Below are positions 15,941 to 25,656 of a DNA stretch of 64,000 nucleotides, one piece after another; the stretch's first letter is position 1; each line of letters opens with the position of its first letter. The translations under genes and the position numbers were made by a program. Origin of the DNA: Patescibacteria group bacterium. Lineage in GTDB: Bacteria > Patescibacteriota > Patescibacteriia > UBA10025 > JAHIVO01. The stretch lies in contig JAZDEZ010000021.1 of the NCBI GenBank assembly GCA_043808365.1, forward strand, positions 403 through 64,402, in the 5' to 3' direction. The notes below the pieces were generated by a model. That model did no database searches, was not told the DNA's origin, and worked only from the letters and a program-made list of their open reading frames with translations.

Positions 15941-17563
15941 TCACTCCACGCGGAAAATCGTAACGTCGGGGTTAGAGTAAACTTTTTTTAAATATGATTT
16001 GGACGCGGGATCATATGTGCCCGCTTTTTTTTCGTATTGGCCGTACCATACGTACGTCGCCCGACTGTCTTTCAGTAAAGTGTATTTCTCATCAGCGTCA
16101 CTGTCGTTGCCCCAAAACCATATTGACTTCTTGAATTTTTCCTCGATATTTATGGTCTGCGGCCCATGGCCCAGCCACACCACGCGTCCGGAATACGCCG
16201 GTATGAAATTGCCGATTTCATACGTTGAAAAAATAACGTCAGCCAGTGAGGCATTGTCTTTCAGCCACGCCATTGCCTCGACTTCAGTCCTGTCCATATA
16301 ATAGGGATATTTTTTTTCTGTCTGGTAATTGTACGCGTCTTGCCCCATGATCTGGAAATTCGAGAGCGGCAGAAGAATTATGAGAGAAATCACTAGCGCG
16401 CTTAACTTTATTTGCCAGCTTGACGGCGATGGACTCCGGAGCCGATCAGCTAACGCGATAATTCCGACCGTGGCTAATATGGCTATGGGGATATGCAGCC
16501 CCTCGGACAGCCGGCGCTGGAAATATATGGGGAAATACAACAATAATGATGAGGCAACTAGCCAGGCCACGATAAAAATACCCTTATTTTTCGCGATTTT
16601 CAGAGTTATCCACAGGCCATACAGCGCGAAAGGAACCAAGATCCCATAACCGATAATATACATCCACGCTGTTGGCGATGGCAGGAGATTTTGTTCATTC
16701 CACTTACGGATCACCCAATCTGCATTGCTCATATAATACATATAAGCCACGACTGGAACGGGGAAAACGCACAAAATAAAAAAATGTTTTATATACTGCC
16801 AATAAATTTTCCTGTCCCGCAAAAATATTATGAGCATATAGGTAATCAAAACGCCAAAAATGGTCGGGCCGTTGAATGGATGGAACCACAGCAGGAAAAA
16901 ACAGGCAATACCCGCGCCAAGCGAGTAGCGGTATTTATCGCGGTCAAACGCCAGGAGCATCAACAAGAAAATTAGGATGATCAGCGTCAATGAGGCAATC
17001 AAGTGCGGCGAATGGTATAAAGTCAGCCACGTCACGCTTTCCGGCACCCACATGTCGGTCGGGTGCTCGTAGATTTTACTTACATCAAACAAAAACGGGT
17101 TGAAAAACAGGCCAAGGCCGGAGGCGGCGCAGATCACCAGCATCATCCATATCCTGCGTTTTGGATCCGAAAAGATGTATGCGAGGAAAAGATACATCAC
17201 GCCGGCAAAAATTAAAATCAAGAGCGAGCGGGCGGCATGAAATGCCAGCAGGTTTGGTAAATGGAAAATTTTTGCCATCCACCCGACGCCCAGCCAAAAT
17301 GGGTTGAGATAGATCCGGCGCTGCGGCTCGGACGTATACGGATTGATGAAAATGTTCTGACCCTGTTTCACCTGCTCGATGTTGGACAGCATCACATTAG
17401 TATCGCCGGGCGTCAAGTAGTGTATGCCCGTGAAGACCTTCCCTGACGGCGCGGTGAAATACCCGTACAGATACGGGATGGCGGTAACGGCTACCATGAC
17501 GCCGGCCAAAACCAACACCAGCCGCCATTCTTTTTTTGTAATCGATCGCCACAGCTCCTGCAT
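15941..17563 (-). CDS. Polytopic membrane protein, GT-C-like (ArnT/PMT-like) putative glycosyltransferase
   Basis: 540 aa with more than 10 hydrophobic segments followed by a ~130-aa C-terminal soluble domain. This is the architecture of lipid-linked-sugar transferases. No precise family was recognised. Confidence 0.45.
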   Translation of the reverse strand: MQELWRSITKKEWRLVLVLAGVMVAVTAIPYLYGYFTAPSGKVFTGIHYLTPGDTNVMLSNIEQVKQGQNIFINPYTSEPQRRIYLNPFWLGVGWMAKIFHLPNLLAFHAARSLLILIFAGVMYLFLAYIFSDPKRRIWMMLVICAASGLGLFFNPFLFDVSKIYEHPTDMWVPESVTWLTLYHSPHLIASLTLIILIFLLMLLAFDRDKYRYSLGAGIACFFLLWFHPFNGPTIFGVLITYMLIIFLRDRKIYWQYIKHFFILCVFPVPVVAYMYYMSNADWVIRKWNEQNLLPSPTAWMYIIGYGILVPFALYGLWITLKIAKNKGIFIVAWLVASSLLLYFPIYFQRRLSEGLHIPIAILATVGIIALADRLRSPSPSSWQIKLSALVISLIILLPLSNFQIMGQDAYNYQTEKKYPYYMDRTEVEAMAWLKDNASLADVIFSTYEIGNFIPAYSGRVVWLGHGPQTINIEEKFKKSIWFWGNDSDADEKYTLLKDSRATYVWYGQYEKKAGTYDPASKSYLKKVYSNPDVTIFRVE

Positions 17564-17564
17564 A

Positions 17565-18824
17565 CTATTCCTTATTAACCTCCGGCATTAAATTGTTCTT
17601 GGTGGCATACGGCTTCATTTGCTGGCTGACAATTACCAACATCCCGACTAACAGCACCGTCCGCAGCAGGACAAGCATATTATAATGGATCGAATCAAAG
17701 CCAAAAATATTTATTGCCACCGGATACTCCAAATACCCGCTCAGGCCATACGCTATTACAAACAAAGCGGCCAGCCTGGTCGGCTGCCAGACCATCAGCA
17801 ATGGCACGAGCCATAAAAGCCATTGCGGCGAATAATACGGGGAGAAAAGAATATATATGAGAATGACAATTATTGACCAATTTATCACATTTTCGGGTTT
17901 TGCGATAAATCGCTTAAAAAAAGCATGCCCGCCGAATATCAGCGCCGGCAAGACGAATTGGATGAGAATCATTACCTTCGTCGAAATATGCATGATGGCA
18001 TTCACCGCGCCGACACCAACCATTGACCAAATCCCAACGATAAAAATCGTATATATAGATCCAAAGGCAAAACTGCGCGTTGATTGGAAATAATACGGAA
18101 ATATTCCGTTCTTGAATCCGGCGAGCATAATACTGATCAGTACTCCGGCAATAACCGTACCGACAGTCAGCCACAGAACTTTATTTTTCCATATTATATT
18201 TTTTGTACTTCCGGTCTGGTTCAGCCAATATATGAAAAAAATCGGGAATAACAATACAGCATACCCTTTTGCCAGGACGCTCAGTCCCAGAAAGAAAAAA
18301 GACCAATTCCATCGCTTGGTGAATAATAAGAGCAGGCTCACCTGAACAAGCAAAGCCGGCAATATGTCAAAGCGGTTAAGCGTAAAATATACCGCTCCTG
18401 GTAAAAAAAATAGCCACAATAATGAAGCTGGTCTATTAAACCATACTAACAGGCGATACGTGACATACAGTAAAACGGCTCCTACTACGCTGTTAAGGAT
18501 CATGAGTCCCAGCGAAAACCCGGACTGGCCAGAGGCGAATAACGCCGGAATAGCCACATACATCGCCCCGAGCAGCGGGTATTCGATGCGGCTTTGTGCA
18601 TACGGGGCTGTATGCTGATAAATAAAACTTGCCCGTTCATGATACACGGAAAGTTCCTGCCCATCACGAAAAAGATTTACCCCGCCGCCAGGCAAATACG
18701 TCGCGAATTTTGCCGGGCCATGGTTGGCGACCAGTATCGCTGCCGTCATAATACACGCATACGCAACCAAGACAATTACGAATACTGACCGTGTTTGTTT
18801 TTTAGGCTGTTCAATAGTCGTCAT
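17565..18824 (-). CDS. Polytopic membrane protein, GT-C-like (DUF2029/GT87-like)
   Basis: 419 aa and all-membrane. The EYPLLGAMYV loop motif resembles the YPP-type loop of DUF2029 proteins. It lies 1 nt from the neighbouring gene. Confidence 0.4.
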   Translation of the reverse strand: MTTIEQPKKQTRSVFVIVLVAYACIMTAAILVANHGPAKFATYLPGGGVNLFRDGQELSVYHERASFIYQHTAPYAQSRIEYPLLGAMYVAIPALFASGQSGFSLGLMILNSVVGAVLLYVTYRLLVWFNRPASLLWLFFLPGAVYFTLNRFDILPALLVQVSLLLLFTKRWNWSFFFLGLSVLAKGYAVLLFPIFFIYWLNQTGSTKNIIWKNKVLWLTVGTVIAGVLISIMLAGFKNGIFPYYFQSTRSFAFGSIYTIFIVGIWSMVGVGAVNAIMHISTKVMILIQFVLPALIFGGHAFFKRFIAKPENVINWSIIVILIYILFSPYYSPQWLLWLVPLLMVWQPTRLAALFVIAYGLSGYLEYPVAINIFGFDSIHYNMLVLLRTVLLVGMLVIVSQQMKPYATKNNLMPEVNKE

Positions 18825-18829
18825 GCGGT

Positions 18830-20404
18830 TTATTGGACCTGGTAAAGCGTGGCGTCTGCGTCTTTATACGCCTCCGTAAAGCCAGAGCTGGACCGGATGT
18901 TAGTGTTCATTTTAAAATGGTTCGCCTCAACCAAGACATACGTAGCGTGAAAATTCTGGCTGATCAGCTTGTGCAGGTCGGTGGTCTGGTTCCCGACGGT
19001 GATATCAACCATCTGCCGGTATAACGACTGGCTGTATTCATACGTAAACGTCGGATCCAGCCCGGCAATATAATAATCCTTGCTATTGTGGTAAAAAAGC
19101 ACGGGGAACTCGTCCCAACTCGAGTGGAAAACAATATCGCCTTGCCGTGAATTGTTGCGCAACCACGCACTAACTCCGCTGAATCGCGTTACGGGAATGC
19201 CCGACGTAAAATCATGGTGGGTGCTGTTGATATCCTTGATGATAACGGTCGGGATGGTAGTCAGGAAATACACGACCAAAATGGTGCCGACAACTCTGTG
19301 GCGGAAATACAGATCCATCCCTTTTGACCAGACCTTGTGCCAGTCTAAATGGTAGAGGTGCTGGCCCAAGGCAAAAGCAGAGAATAAAATCCCAAACGGC
19401 ACATAATACTCGACATACCGGCGTGATTTCAGCGTAAAGGCAAAAAATAAAAGATAAATAAGGAAAAGGGTGATTGTTTTTTTCGTCGGGACGCGCCACT
19501 TTATTATTGAGGCGAGCACCGCCACAAGCACTAAGATGGTGACGAGGGGCGTATTCGCCGTCAGGTCAAAAAAAGAATATGAGTACCATTCGTTGCCCAC
19601 CGGAATAATGGAACGGTAATTTATGATGCCGATCTGCACCAGCTGGTGCCAGTAAAAACTTAAGTTATTCGGGAAATACGGGTTAATTATCAGTCCGGCA
19701 ATGACTCCGAGCACCGAGACGACGAGGAGCCGCACTTCCCGATTATGGGTTATGACCAGGAATAATGCGCCAAAATCGCGCGTCCGCATCCAGTCATACG
19801 CCACTGAAACAAAGGCATAGAGACCGGCAAAAATGATGATCAATATAAAACCGCCGTATGCCCACACAAAAACGAACGACAATAAAAACAACAGTTTATA
19901 ACGGTGTTTGAACAGCAGATAGAGGCCGATAATCAGCAGAATGATAGACGCCACCGGCGCTTTTACCAGATTGATGCGGAAAACAAATGGCATAGTGGCC
20001 AGCAAGGCCAAGGTGAAACCAAAGGCGAATTTGATTTTTTGCGAGCGCAATAGCCAATAAAACAGCGCTACCAGGCCCGATCCCAAGAAAACTGTGGCCA
20101 GCTTTGCGCCCTGGATCGGGTTCATGAGGTGGGTAAAAGGCGCCAAAAAAACATGATACAGAAAATGCTGGTCAATGAACGAATCTTTCAGGATGGTGGC
20201 CTGCAGCCATGGGAATGTCGTTTGGATCCCGTCCGATGGGATCAGCAGGGACATTTTGGCATGATAAAAAGAATCCGGGTCAGGAAATGCCGCCGGCGCC
20301 TGCAGCCACGTGAAAAAGACGAAGGCAATAATGAATATGCCCAGGTAGCTTATCCAGGACCAATGGTTATAAAAAAATTGGCTAATCTTAGGTGACTCTT
20401 GCAT
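18830..20404 (-). CDS. Polytopic membrane protein, GT-C-like putative glycosyltransferase
   Basis: 524 aa. The first extracytoplasmic loop carries an acidic DPD motif (FPDPDSFYHAKMS). More than 10 TM segments are followed by a C-terminal soluble domain. Confidence 0.45.
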   Translation of the reverse strand: MQESPKISQFFYNHWSWISYLGIFIIAFVFFTWLQAPAAFPDPDSFYHAKMSLLIPSDGIQTTFPWLQATILKDSFIDQHFLYHVFLAPFTHLMNPIQGAKLATVFLGSGLVALFYWLLRSQKIKFAFGFTLALLATMPFVFRINLVKAPVASIILLIIGLYLLFKHRYKLLFLLSFVFVWAYGGFILIIIFAGLYAFVSVAYDWMRTRDFGALFLVITHNREVRLLVVSVLGVIAGLIINPYFPNNLSFYWHQLVQIGIINYRSIIPVGNEWYSYSFFDLTANTPLVTILVLVAVLASIIKWRVPTKKTITLFLIYLLFFAFTLKSRRYVEYYVPFGILFSAFALGQHLYHLDWHKVWSKGMDLYFRHRVVGTILVVYFLTTIPTVIIKDINSTHHDFTSGIPVTRFSGVSAWLRNNSRQGDIVFHSSWDEFPVLFYHNSKDYYIAGLDPTFTYEYSQSLYRQMVDITVGNQTTDLHKLISQNFHATYVLVEANHFKMNTNIRSSSGFTEAYKDADATLYQVQ

Positions 20405-20430
20405 GGGTACATTATATCAGCCATTCATCC

Positions 20431-20467
20431 AAACACAAAAGTCTCCACCAAGCATGGCTGTGGAGAC
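20431..20467 (-). terminator. Rho-independent terminator downstream of the isomerase gene
   Basis: Stem GTCTCCAC / GTGGAGAC. A T-rich run follows on the minus strand (plus-strand aaacacaaaa). Confidence 0.65.
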
Positions 20468-20526
20468 ATGTGTATACTACGCAAACGTCGGGAAAGCGTC
20501 AATACCTAATAAATTAAAAACGCATG

Positions 20527-21597
20527 TTACCGCTTCAGTGCGGCCTTGAAATAATCCACAAACAGTATGGGTGACGGGTCTAGTTTATTGGCGAGCGCCA
20601 GGTAATAATTGGCGTAACTGCCGAACAGCAGCGCCTCCATCACCTCAGCTAGTGGTGTCTGGCCTTGCGTTTTATAAGTGAAAAATTTAATGCCGTTTTT
20701 CTGCAGGACTTTCTTGGTGATGGCAAAGCGCTTGGTCATGCTCGGCAAATATCCACTAGATTCCAGGGAAACAAAATGCAGCATTTTCCGGTTAGCCCGC
20801 GGGAAGTGGAGCCCCTCCATGAGGTGGTGGTTAAGTTCGGAGAGGAGATAATATGCGGAAAACGTCTTGGCATTTTCATTGATTTGGTTAGCCAGGATAT
20901 GCGCATTACCCGATAAATGCTCCGCGGCCATGATGATCGGGATTCGGCCAGCCAATTCCACGGCCAATTTCTTGGCCGGATTCTTTTTAAGCAGGGTTTT
21001 GGCGCCAAATTTCTTATGCCAAACATGGACGGCGCCGACCGCGCACTGGAAATCGTTTTCGGTGATTGATAAAAGTCCGCATTGCTTTAATAAGGCGACC
21101 TGGCCAATGATCGAATACCCCAGTCCCATGCGCGGCTGGTTGCAGGGATTGAACCGCGGTTCAAAAATATATGCGGGAATTTTGTATTTCTTTGCCAATT
21201 TAGCCAGCTGGCCTCCGGCGCAAATAATAAGCAACTTAGTATGGCGCCGGCGCGCTTCATTAAATGTGGCCAATACTTCTTCAGTAGTCCCGGAATAGCT
21301 CGAGAGGACGTACAGCGTATCGCGATTGACCCAGCCGGGGAGCGTATAACTGTTTATCACGTGAAAGGGTACGCGCAATTGCTTATGAAATATGGCGGCA
21401 ATAACATGACCGCCAAGGGCAGAACCGCCCATGCCGTTGATGACGATATTTTTTACCCGGCGGCAGGTTAGCGGTATTTTTACCTTCTTCACTTCTGACC
21501 AGGCCTGCTGGCATTGCAGGCCGACCGACTCGATAGAACCGAGCATGTTTGACCGGTCTAATTTTTTCATTGCCTTTTGGTCATCTAAAATGTTCAT
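20527..21597 (-). CDS. Bifunctional phosphoglucose/phosphomannose isomerase (SIS domain)
   Basis: VINGMGGSALGGHV and the SYSGTTEE SIS motifs, with a length of 356 aa typical of the PGI/PMI family. Confidence 0.7.
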   Translation of the reverse strand: MNILDDQKAMKKLDRSNMLGSIESVGLQCQQAWSEVKKVKIPLTCRRVKNIVINGMGGSALGGHVIAAIFHKQLRVPFHVINSYTLPGWVNRDTLYVLSSYSGTTEEVLATFNEARRRHTKLLIICAGGQLAKLAKKYKIPAYIFEPRFNPCNQPRMGLGYSIIGQVALLKQCGLLSITENDFQCAVGAVHVWHKKFGAKTLLKKNPAKKLAVELAGRIPIIMAAEHLSGNAHILANQINENAKTFSAYYLLSELNHHLMEGLHFPRANRKMLHFVSLESSGYLPSMTKRFAITKKVLQKNGIKFFTYKTQGQTPLAEVMEALLFGSYANYYLALANKLDPSPILFVDYFKAALKR

Positions 21598-21659
21598 AAG
21601 AAAATAATTAAACTGATGAATATACTGCCATTAGTATACGTAATTAATGCGGAAATAAC

Positions 21660-21777
21660 AAATCAACCCCGTTAGAAAATGCATAAAGAATCATTGCCTG
21701 ATAGAAGGACAGTAATTGATATTAACTTCCTTTATTGTATTAACAAAAATTATACAATTTCTAACGGGGATTGATTT
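21660..21777. repeat. 19-20-bp inverted repeat separated by ~80 bp in a divergent intergenic region
   Basis: AAATCAACCCCGTTAGAAA (21660-21678) pairs with TTTCTAACGGGGATTGATTT (21758-21777). The right arm overlaps the -35 of the downstream promoter. Confidence 0.85.
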
Positions 21778-21799
21778 TTCGTTCGTTTTATGATATAAT
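21771..21799 (+). promoter_or_regulatory. Sigma70-type promoter TTGATT-N17-TATAAT with TG extension
   Basis: It contains the 21-nt string identical to 8659-8679. Confidence 0.6.
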
Positions 21800-21838
21800 C
21801 AACGTTGAAATTGATTATATTTTTCATCCCAGATTCAC

Positions 21839-22564
21839 ATGTCCGGGCATTCCAAATGGACACAAATTAAAAGGCAAAAAGCGGTCACTGACCAGCGGCG
21901 GGGAAATTTATTTACCAAGATGGCCAATACGATCAGTGCCATTGCCCGGCAGGGCGGGAAAGATCCGTCCATGAATTTCCGCTTGCGGATGGCCATTGAT
22001 AAGGCCAGAGAATCAAACATGCCCAATGAAAATATTGAGCGTGCCATCGCGCGAGGGTCTGGTGAGATCGAGGGAGTTACAATTGAAGAAGTAATGTATG
22101 AAGGATTCGGGCCGCATGGGACAGCGCTTATTATTGACGTGACAACTGATAATAAAAATCGGACAGCCTCGGAAATTCGTTCAATTTTAGCCAAATATCA
22201 CGGCTCACTCGGAAATACCGGAAGCGTAGCCTATATGTTCACCAGGAAAGGGGTTATCCGAATCCCAAAAACCAGCGTAAAGGACAAGGATGAATTCACC
22301 TTAAAAATGATTGATTCCGGTGCCGATGACATTGCCGACGAAGAAGAGGGATTTACCATCTATACGGCACCACATGAGCTGCAAAAAGTCAGCCAGGCAG
22401 TCGGGCAGGCCGGACTAATATTGGCTTCAACGGGCCTGGAAATGGTACCGACGTCCCGCGTGACATTGCCCGATGAGCCGGCTAAAAAACAATTGAGCAC
22501 CTTGCTGGAAGAGCTCGAGGCTAATGATGACGTAAGCGATTATTTCACCAATGCCGAACTCTAA
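21839..22564 (+). CDS. yebC: YebC/PmpR family DNA-binding transcriptional regulator
   Basis: MSGHSKWTQIKRQKAVTDQRRGNLFTK..NMPNENIERAI is the canonical family N-terminus. Confidence 0.9.
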   Translation: MSGHSKWTQIKRQKAVTDQRRGNLFTKMANTISAIARQGGKDPSMNFRLRMAIDKARESNMPNENIERAIARGSGEIEGVTIEEVMYEGFGPHGTALIIDVTTDNKNRTASEIRSILAKYHGSLGNTGSVAYMFTRKGVIRIPKTSVKDKDEFTLKMIDSGADDIADEEEGFTIYTAPHELQKVSQAVGQAGLILASTGLEMVPTSRVTLPDEPAKKQLSTLLEELEANDDVSDYFTNAEL

Positions 22565-23042
22565 AAATTCATTTTTAATATTAGGCATCGATCCCGGCTA
22601 TGCCATTACCGGTTACGGGATAGTCCGACATGACAGGCAAAAAGTGGCGGCTGTCGCACAGGGAGCGATCATGTCAAAACCAGCCGTGCCGTATGAAGAA
22701 CGGCTGAAAAAAATCTTCGTGGGGCTGACCCAGCTTATCAAGAAATACCGGCCTGACGCCATGGCCATAGAAAAGCTTTTTTTCGCGGCAAATACGGCAA
22801 CAGTGATGCGCGTTGGCGAAGCGCGCGGCGTGGCCATCCTGGCCGCCGGCATCGCCGGCATTCCCGTGCGGGAATTCACGCCGCTCCAGATCAAGCAGGC
22901 CATTACCGGCGACGGGCGGGCGGACAAGCTACAAATGCAGCGCATGGTCAAAGTCCTCCTTAAGCTCCCGGCCGTCCCCCGGCCGGACGACGTGGCTGAC
23001 GCATTGGCGGTCGGCATCTGCGGCGGCATTAAAAATTTCTAA
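22551..23042 (+). CDS. ruvC: Crossover junction endodeoxyribonuclease RuvC
   Basis: ILGIDPGYAITGYGIV (the first catalytic Asp region), 163 aa, with DDVADALAVGIC at the C-terminus. Confidence 0.85.
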   Translation: MPNSKNSFLILGIDPGYAITGYGIVRHDRQKVAAVAQGAIMSKPAVPYEERLKKIFVGLTQLIKKYRPDAMAIEKLFFAANTATVMRVGEARGVAILAAGIAGIPVREFTPLQIKQAITGDGRADKLQMQRMVKVLLKLPAVPRPDDVADALAVGICGGIKNF

Positions 23043-24131
23043 ATGGGCATGACAACCGACAAAAAAATCCAAAAAATCCTGGCCACCTCGCGCGAAGTCA
23101 TCCGGGACTGCTCGCTGGAAAACGGCGCTATCGTGGCGGCCAATACCGACGAACCCTATACGCCGAAAGAAGGGTCTGACTACCGGTACGTCTGGATACG
23201 CGACGCGGCCTTTATTTGCGTCGCCGCGGAAATCCTCCAATTGCCCGTCCAAGAAAAATTCTTTGCCTGGGTCACTGAACGGCCGGAAGATTTTGAGATT
23301 ACCAAATTACTGTACTCGAACTACTCGACCAACGGCCGGATCGCCACCATGGGCAAGCAATTCCAGGCTGACCAGACGGGCACGCTCCTGTGGGCTATCC
23401 ATCATTTTTATGAGAAGGACCTGAAGGCATCCGTAAAATTCCGGCCACTGGTCGAACGGCTGGCCGAAGGGCTGTCCAGTTATTGGGAAAAAGACCATTT
23501 TTCAGAGCCGACCGCCGATATCTGGGAATCTTTCGAGCGGAAAACTTCCACCCGCCTGAAGAACAACTTCACCTATTCATTAGCGGCCTGCGCGCGCGGC
23601 CTTTTTTGCGCGAATGAGATCGTCCCCAATCACATCTGGAAAGAAGCGGCCCACCAGATGGTCATGGTCATGAATGAGTCCTATGACCCGACGCGCCGCT
23701 TTTTTTATCGGAATAAGGGCGTTATCTCTGACCCGAATATTGACGCCTCATTGCTCGGGCTCGTGTACCCATTTGACCTGATCGAAGCCACTGACGAACG
23801 GATGGTCAATACTGTAAAAAAAATGGAAGAACATTTGGTTATCAATGGCGGCGTGCATCGCTTCCAGTTTGACTACTTTGACAGTGAAGGTTCAGCGCAG
23901 GAAGGCGGAGGCGCCTGGCCGGTATTGAACTGCTGGATGGCCATCTACTGGCATCTAAACGGGCAAAAAGCCAAAGCGTTGCAATATTACCATTGGGTAG
24001 TTGAACGCGCTGAAAAATTCAATTACTACTTGCCGGAACAATTTTTTGAAGACGTGCGCGTGGGCATTTACCCGCTGGCCTGGAGCCACGCCATGTTTGT
24101 CATTGCCAGCCGTTATTTAGGAATGTTGTAA
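23043..24131 (+). CDS. Glycoside hydrolase family 15 (glucoamylase-like)
   Basis: YRYVWIRDAAF plus an (alpha/alpha)6-type pattern with WPVLNCWMAIY and the PEQF motif. Confidence 0.75.
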   Translation: MGMTTDKKIQKILATSREVIRDCSLENGAIVAANTDEPYTPKEGSDYRYVWIRDAAFICVAAEILQLPVQEKFFAWVTERPEDFEITKLLYSNYSTNGRIATMGKQFQADQTGTLLWAIHHFYEKDLKASVKFRPLVERLAEGLSSYWEKDHFSEPTADIWESFERKTSTRLKNNFTYSLAACARGLFCANEIVPNHIWKEAAHQMVMVMNESYDPTRRFFYRNKGVISDPNIDASLLGLVYPFDLIEATDERMVNTVKKMEEHLVINGGVHRFQFDYFDSEGSAQEGGGAWPVLNCWMAIYWHLNGQKAKALQYYHWVVERAEKFNYYLPEQFFEDVRVGIYPLAWSHAMFVIASRYLGML

Positions 24132-24137
24132 CATCAT

Positions 24138-25625
24138 ATGCCAAACCTAACCAGACCATTGCGCATCGCTAGTGTCTCCTCTGAGGTCGCCCCGTATTCA
24201 AAAACAGGCGGGTTGGCTGATGTGGCAAAATCTCTGCCAAAAGCCCTGGCGGAAATGGGGCATCATATCGCGCTGATCACTCCATATTACGGATTCATCC
24301 ATAAACAACAGCTCGATCTAAAAAAGATCGAAGGCAAGGCGACAGTTGAAATCGGCAGGCAAAAACATGACCTAACCTTTTTACGGCTCGATTTCAATGA
24401 CCATCTAAAAATATACTTTATCGTAAACCAGGAGCTTTTTGGCCAGCATTCGCGGGTGTACAATTACGCGGATGATAATGTCCGCTTCCTGGCCCTTGAT
24501 TACGCCGCCCTCCAGCTGCTGGAAATCATCAAATTCAACCCGCATGTCATCCACTGCCAGGATTGGCAGTCCGGACTCATCCCCAATTTCCTTGTTAAAC
24601 GGGCTGGCGAATTTCCGTCCCTCGCAAAAGCCGCGACAGTATTCACCATCCATAACCTCGCCTACCAGTTGAGCTGCGACTGGTGGACCGTTCCGCCAGA
24701 CCGCGTTGATGACGGGAAATGCGACCCCATGAAGCGGCTCAAGGACATCAACTACTTCAATTTCGCCAAACGGGGGATTTTTTATTCCAACATCATCAGC
24801 ACGGTCAGTGAGCGCTATGCCGAGGAAATTACCACGCCGGAACACGGACAGGGCCTGGATCGATATTTGCGCCATAGGAAAAAAGACCTCTATGGAATCA
24901 TCAACGGCATAGACTACACGGTGAATAACCCCGCATTTGATGACAATATAAAATACAAATACGACTGGAACACGTTGCGGCGTAAAAAAAAGAACAAGAT
25001 CGAGCTCCAGCGCATCGTCAAGCTCGAACGCAATCCCGACATCCCTCTGATTGGCGTCGTCAACCGGCTGACCGAGCAGAAAGGCTTTAACCTGATCATG
25101 GAAACCATTGACGCCCTGCTCCGGCTGCAAATGCAGATGGTGATTATCGGCACCGGGCATAAGGAATATGTCGATTTCTTCAAAAAAATCGCCCGGAAAC
25201 ATCCAAAAAAAATCGGCTTCTATACGCCCTTTACCGAGGATATGGAATCGAAAATTTATGCCGGCTCGGACATGTTCCTGATGCCATCACGCTTCGAGCC
25301 GTGCGGCATTTCCCAGCTGAAAAGCCTGCGCTATGGGTCAATCCCCATTGTCCACGAAACCGGGGGACTGTCGGACACGATCACCAACTTCAGCCCCAAG
25401 ACGCGCAAGGGCAATGGTTTTACGTTTAAAATCTACAGCCGCGAAGACTTCCTGATTGCCCTGACTCGCGCCCTGGAAAACTACAAATATCCCCAAGTAT
25501 GGGAATTCATGACCTGGAATGCCATGCGCCAGACGTATTCGTGGCAGCTGCCGGCCAAAAAATACATCCAGCTCTTCCGGATCGCGATCAATAGCAAGCG
25601 CAAATACCTGCAACAACGCCACTAA
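24138..25625 (+). CDS. glgA: Glycogen/starch synthase (GT5), copy 1
   Basis: RIASVSSEVAPYSKTGGLADVAKSLPKAL, HCQDWQSG, FLMPSRFEPCGISQL. Confidence 0.9.
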   Translation: MPNLTRPLRIASVSSEVAPYSKTGGLADVAKSLPKALAEMGHHIALITPYYGFIHKQQLDLKKIEGKATVEIGRQKHDLTFLRLDFNDHLKIYFIVNQELFGQHSRVYNYADDNVRFLALDYAALQLLEIIKFNPHVIHCQDWQSGLIPNFLVKRAGEFPSLAKAATVFTIHNLAYQLSCDWWTVPPDRVDDGKCDPMKRLKDINYFNFAKRGIFYSNIISTVSERYAEEITTPEHGQGLDRYLRHRKKDLYGIINGIDYTVNNPAFDDNIKYKYDWNTLRRKKKNKIELQRIVKLERNPDIPLIGVVNRLTEQKGFNLIMETIDALLRLQMQMVIIGTGHKEYVDFFKKIARKHPKKIGFYTPFTEDMESKIYAGSDMFLMPSRFEPCGISQLKSLRYGSIPIVHETGGLSDTITNFSPKTRKGNGFTFKIYSREDFLIALTRALENYKYPQVWEFMTWNAMRQTYSWQLPAKKYIQLFRIAINSKRKYLQQRH

Positions 25626-25656
25626 TGGCTAATTTACTAACTACTAGCTACTAACC

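Noticed and set aside
24405-25202. Long antisense ORFs inside glycogen-operon genes. This one, and also 27358..28047, 30069..30818 and 31274..31744.
   Set aside because: All overlap strongly supported plus-strand genes (GlgA, GH57, GalT-like) and lack motifs. They are shadow ORFs.
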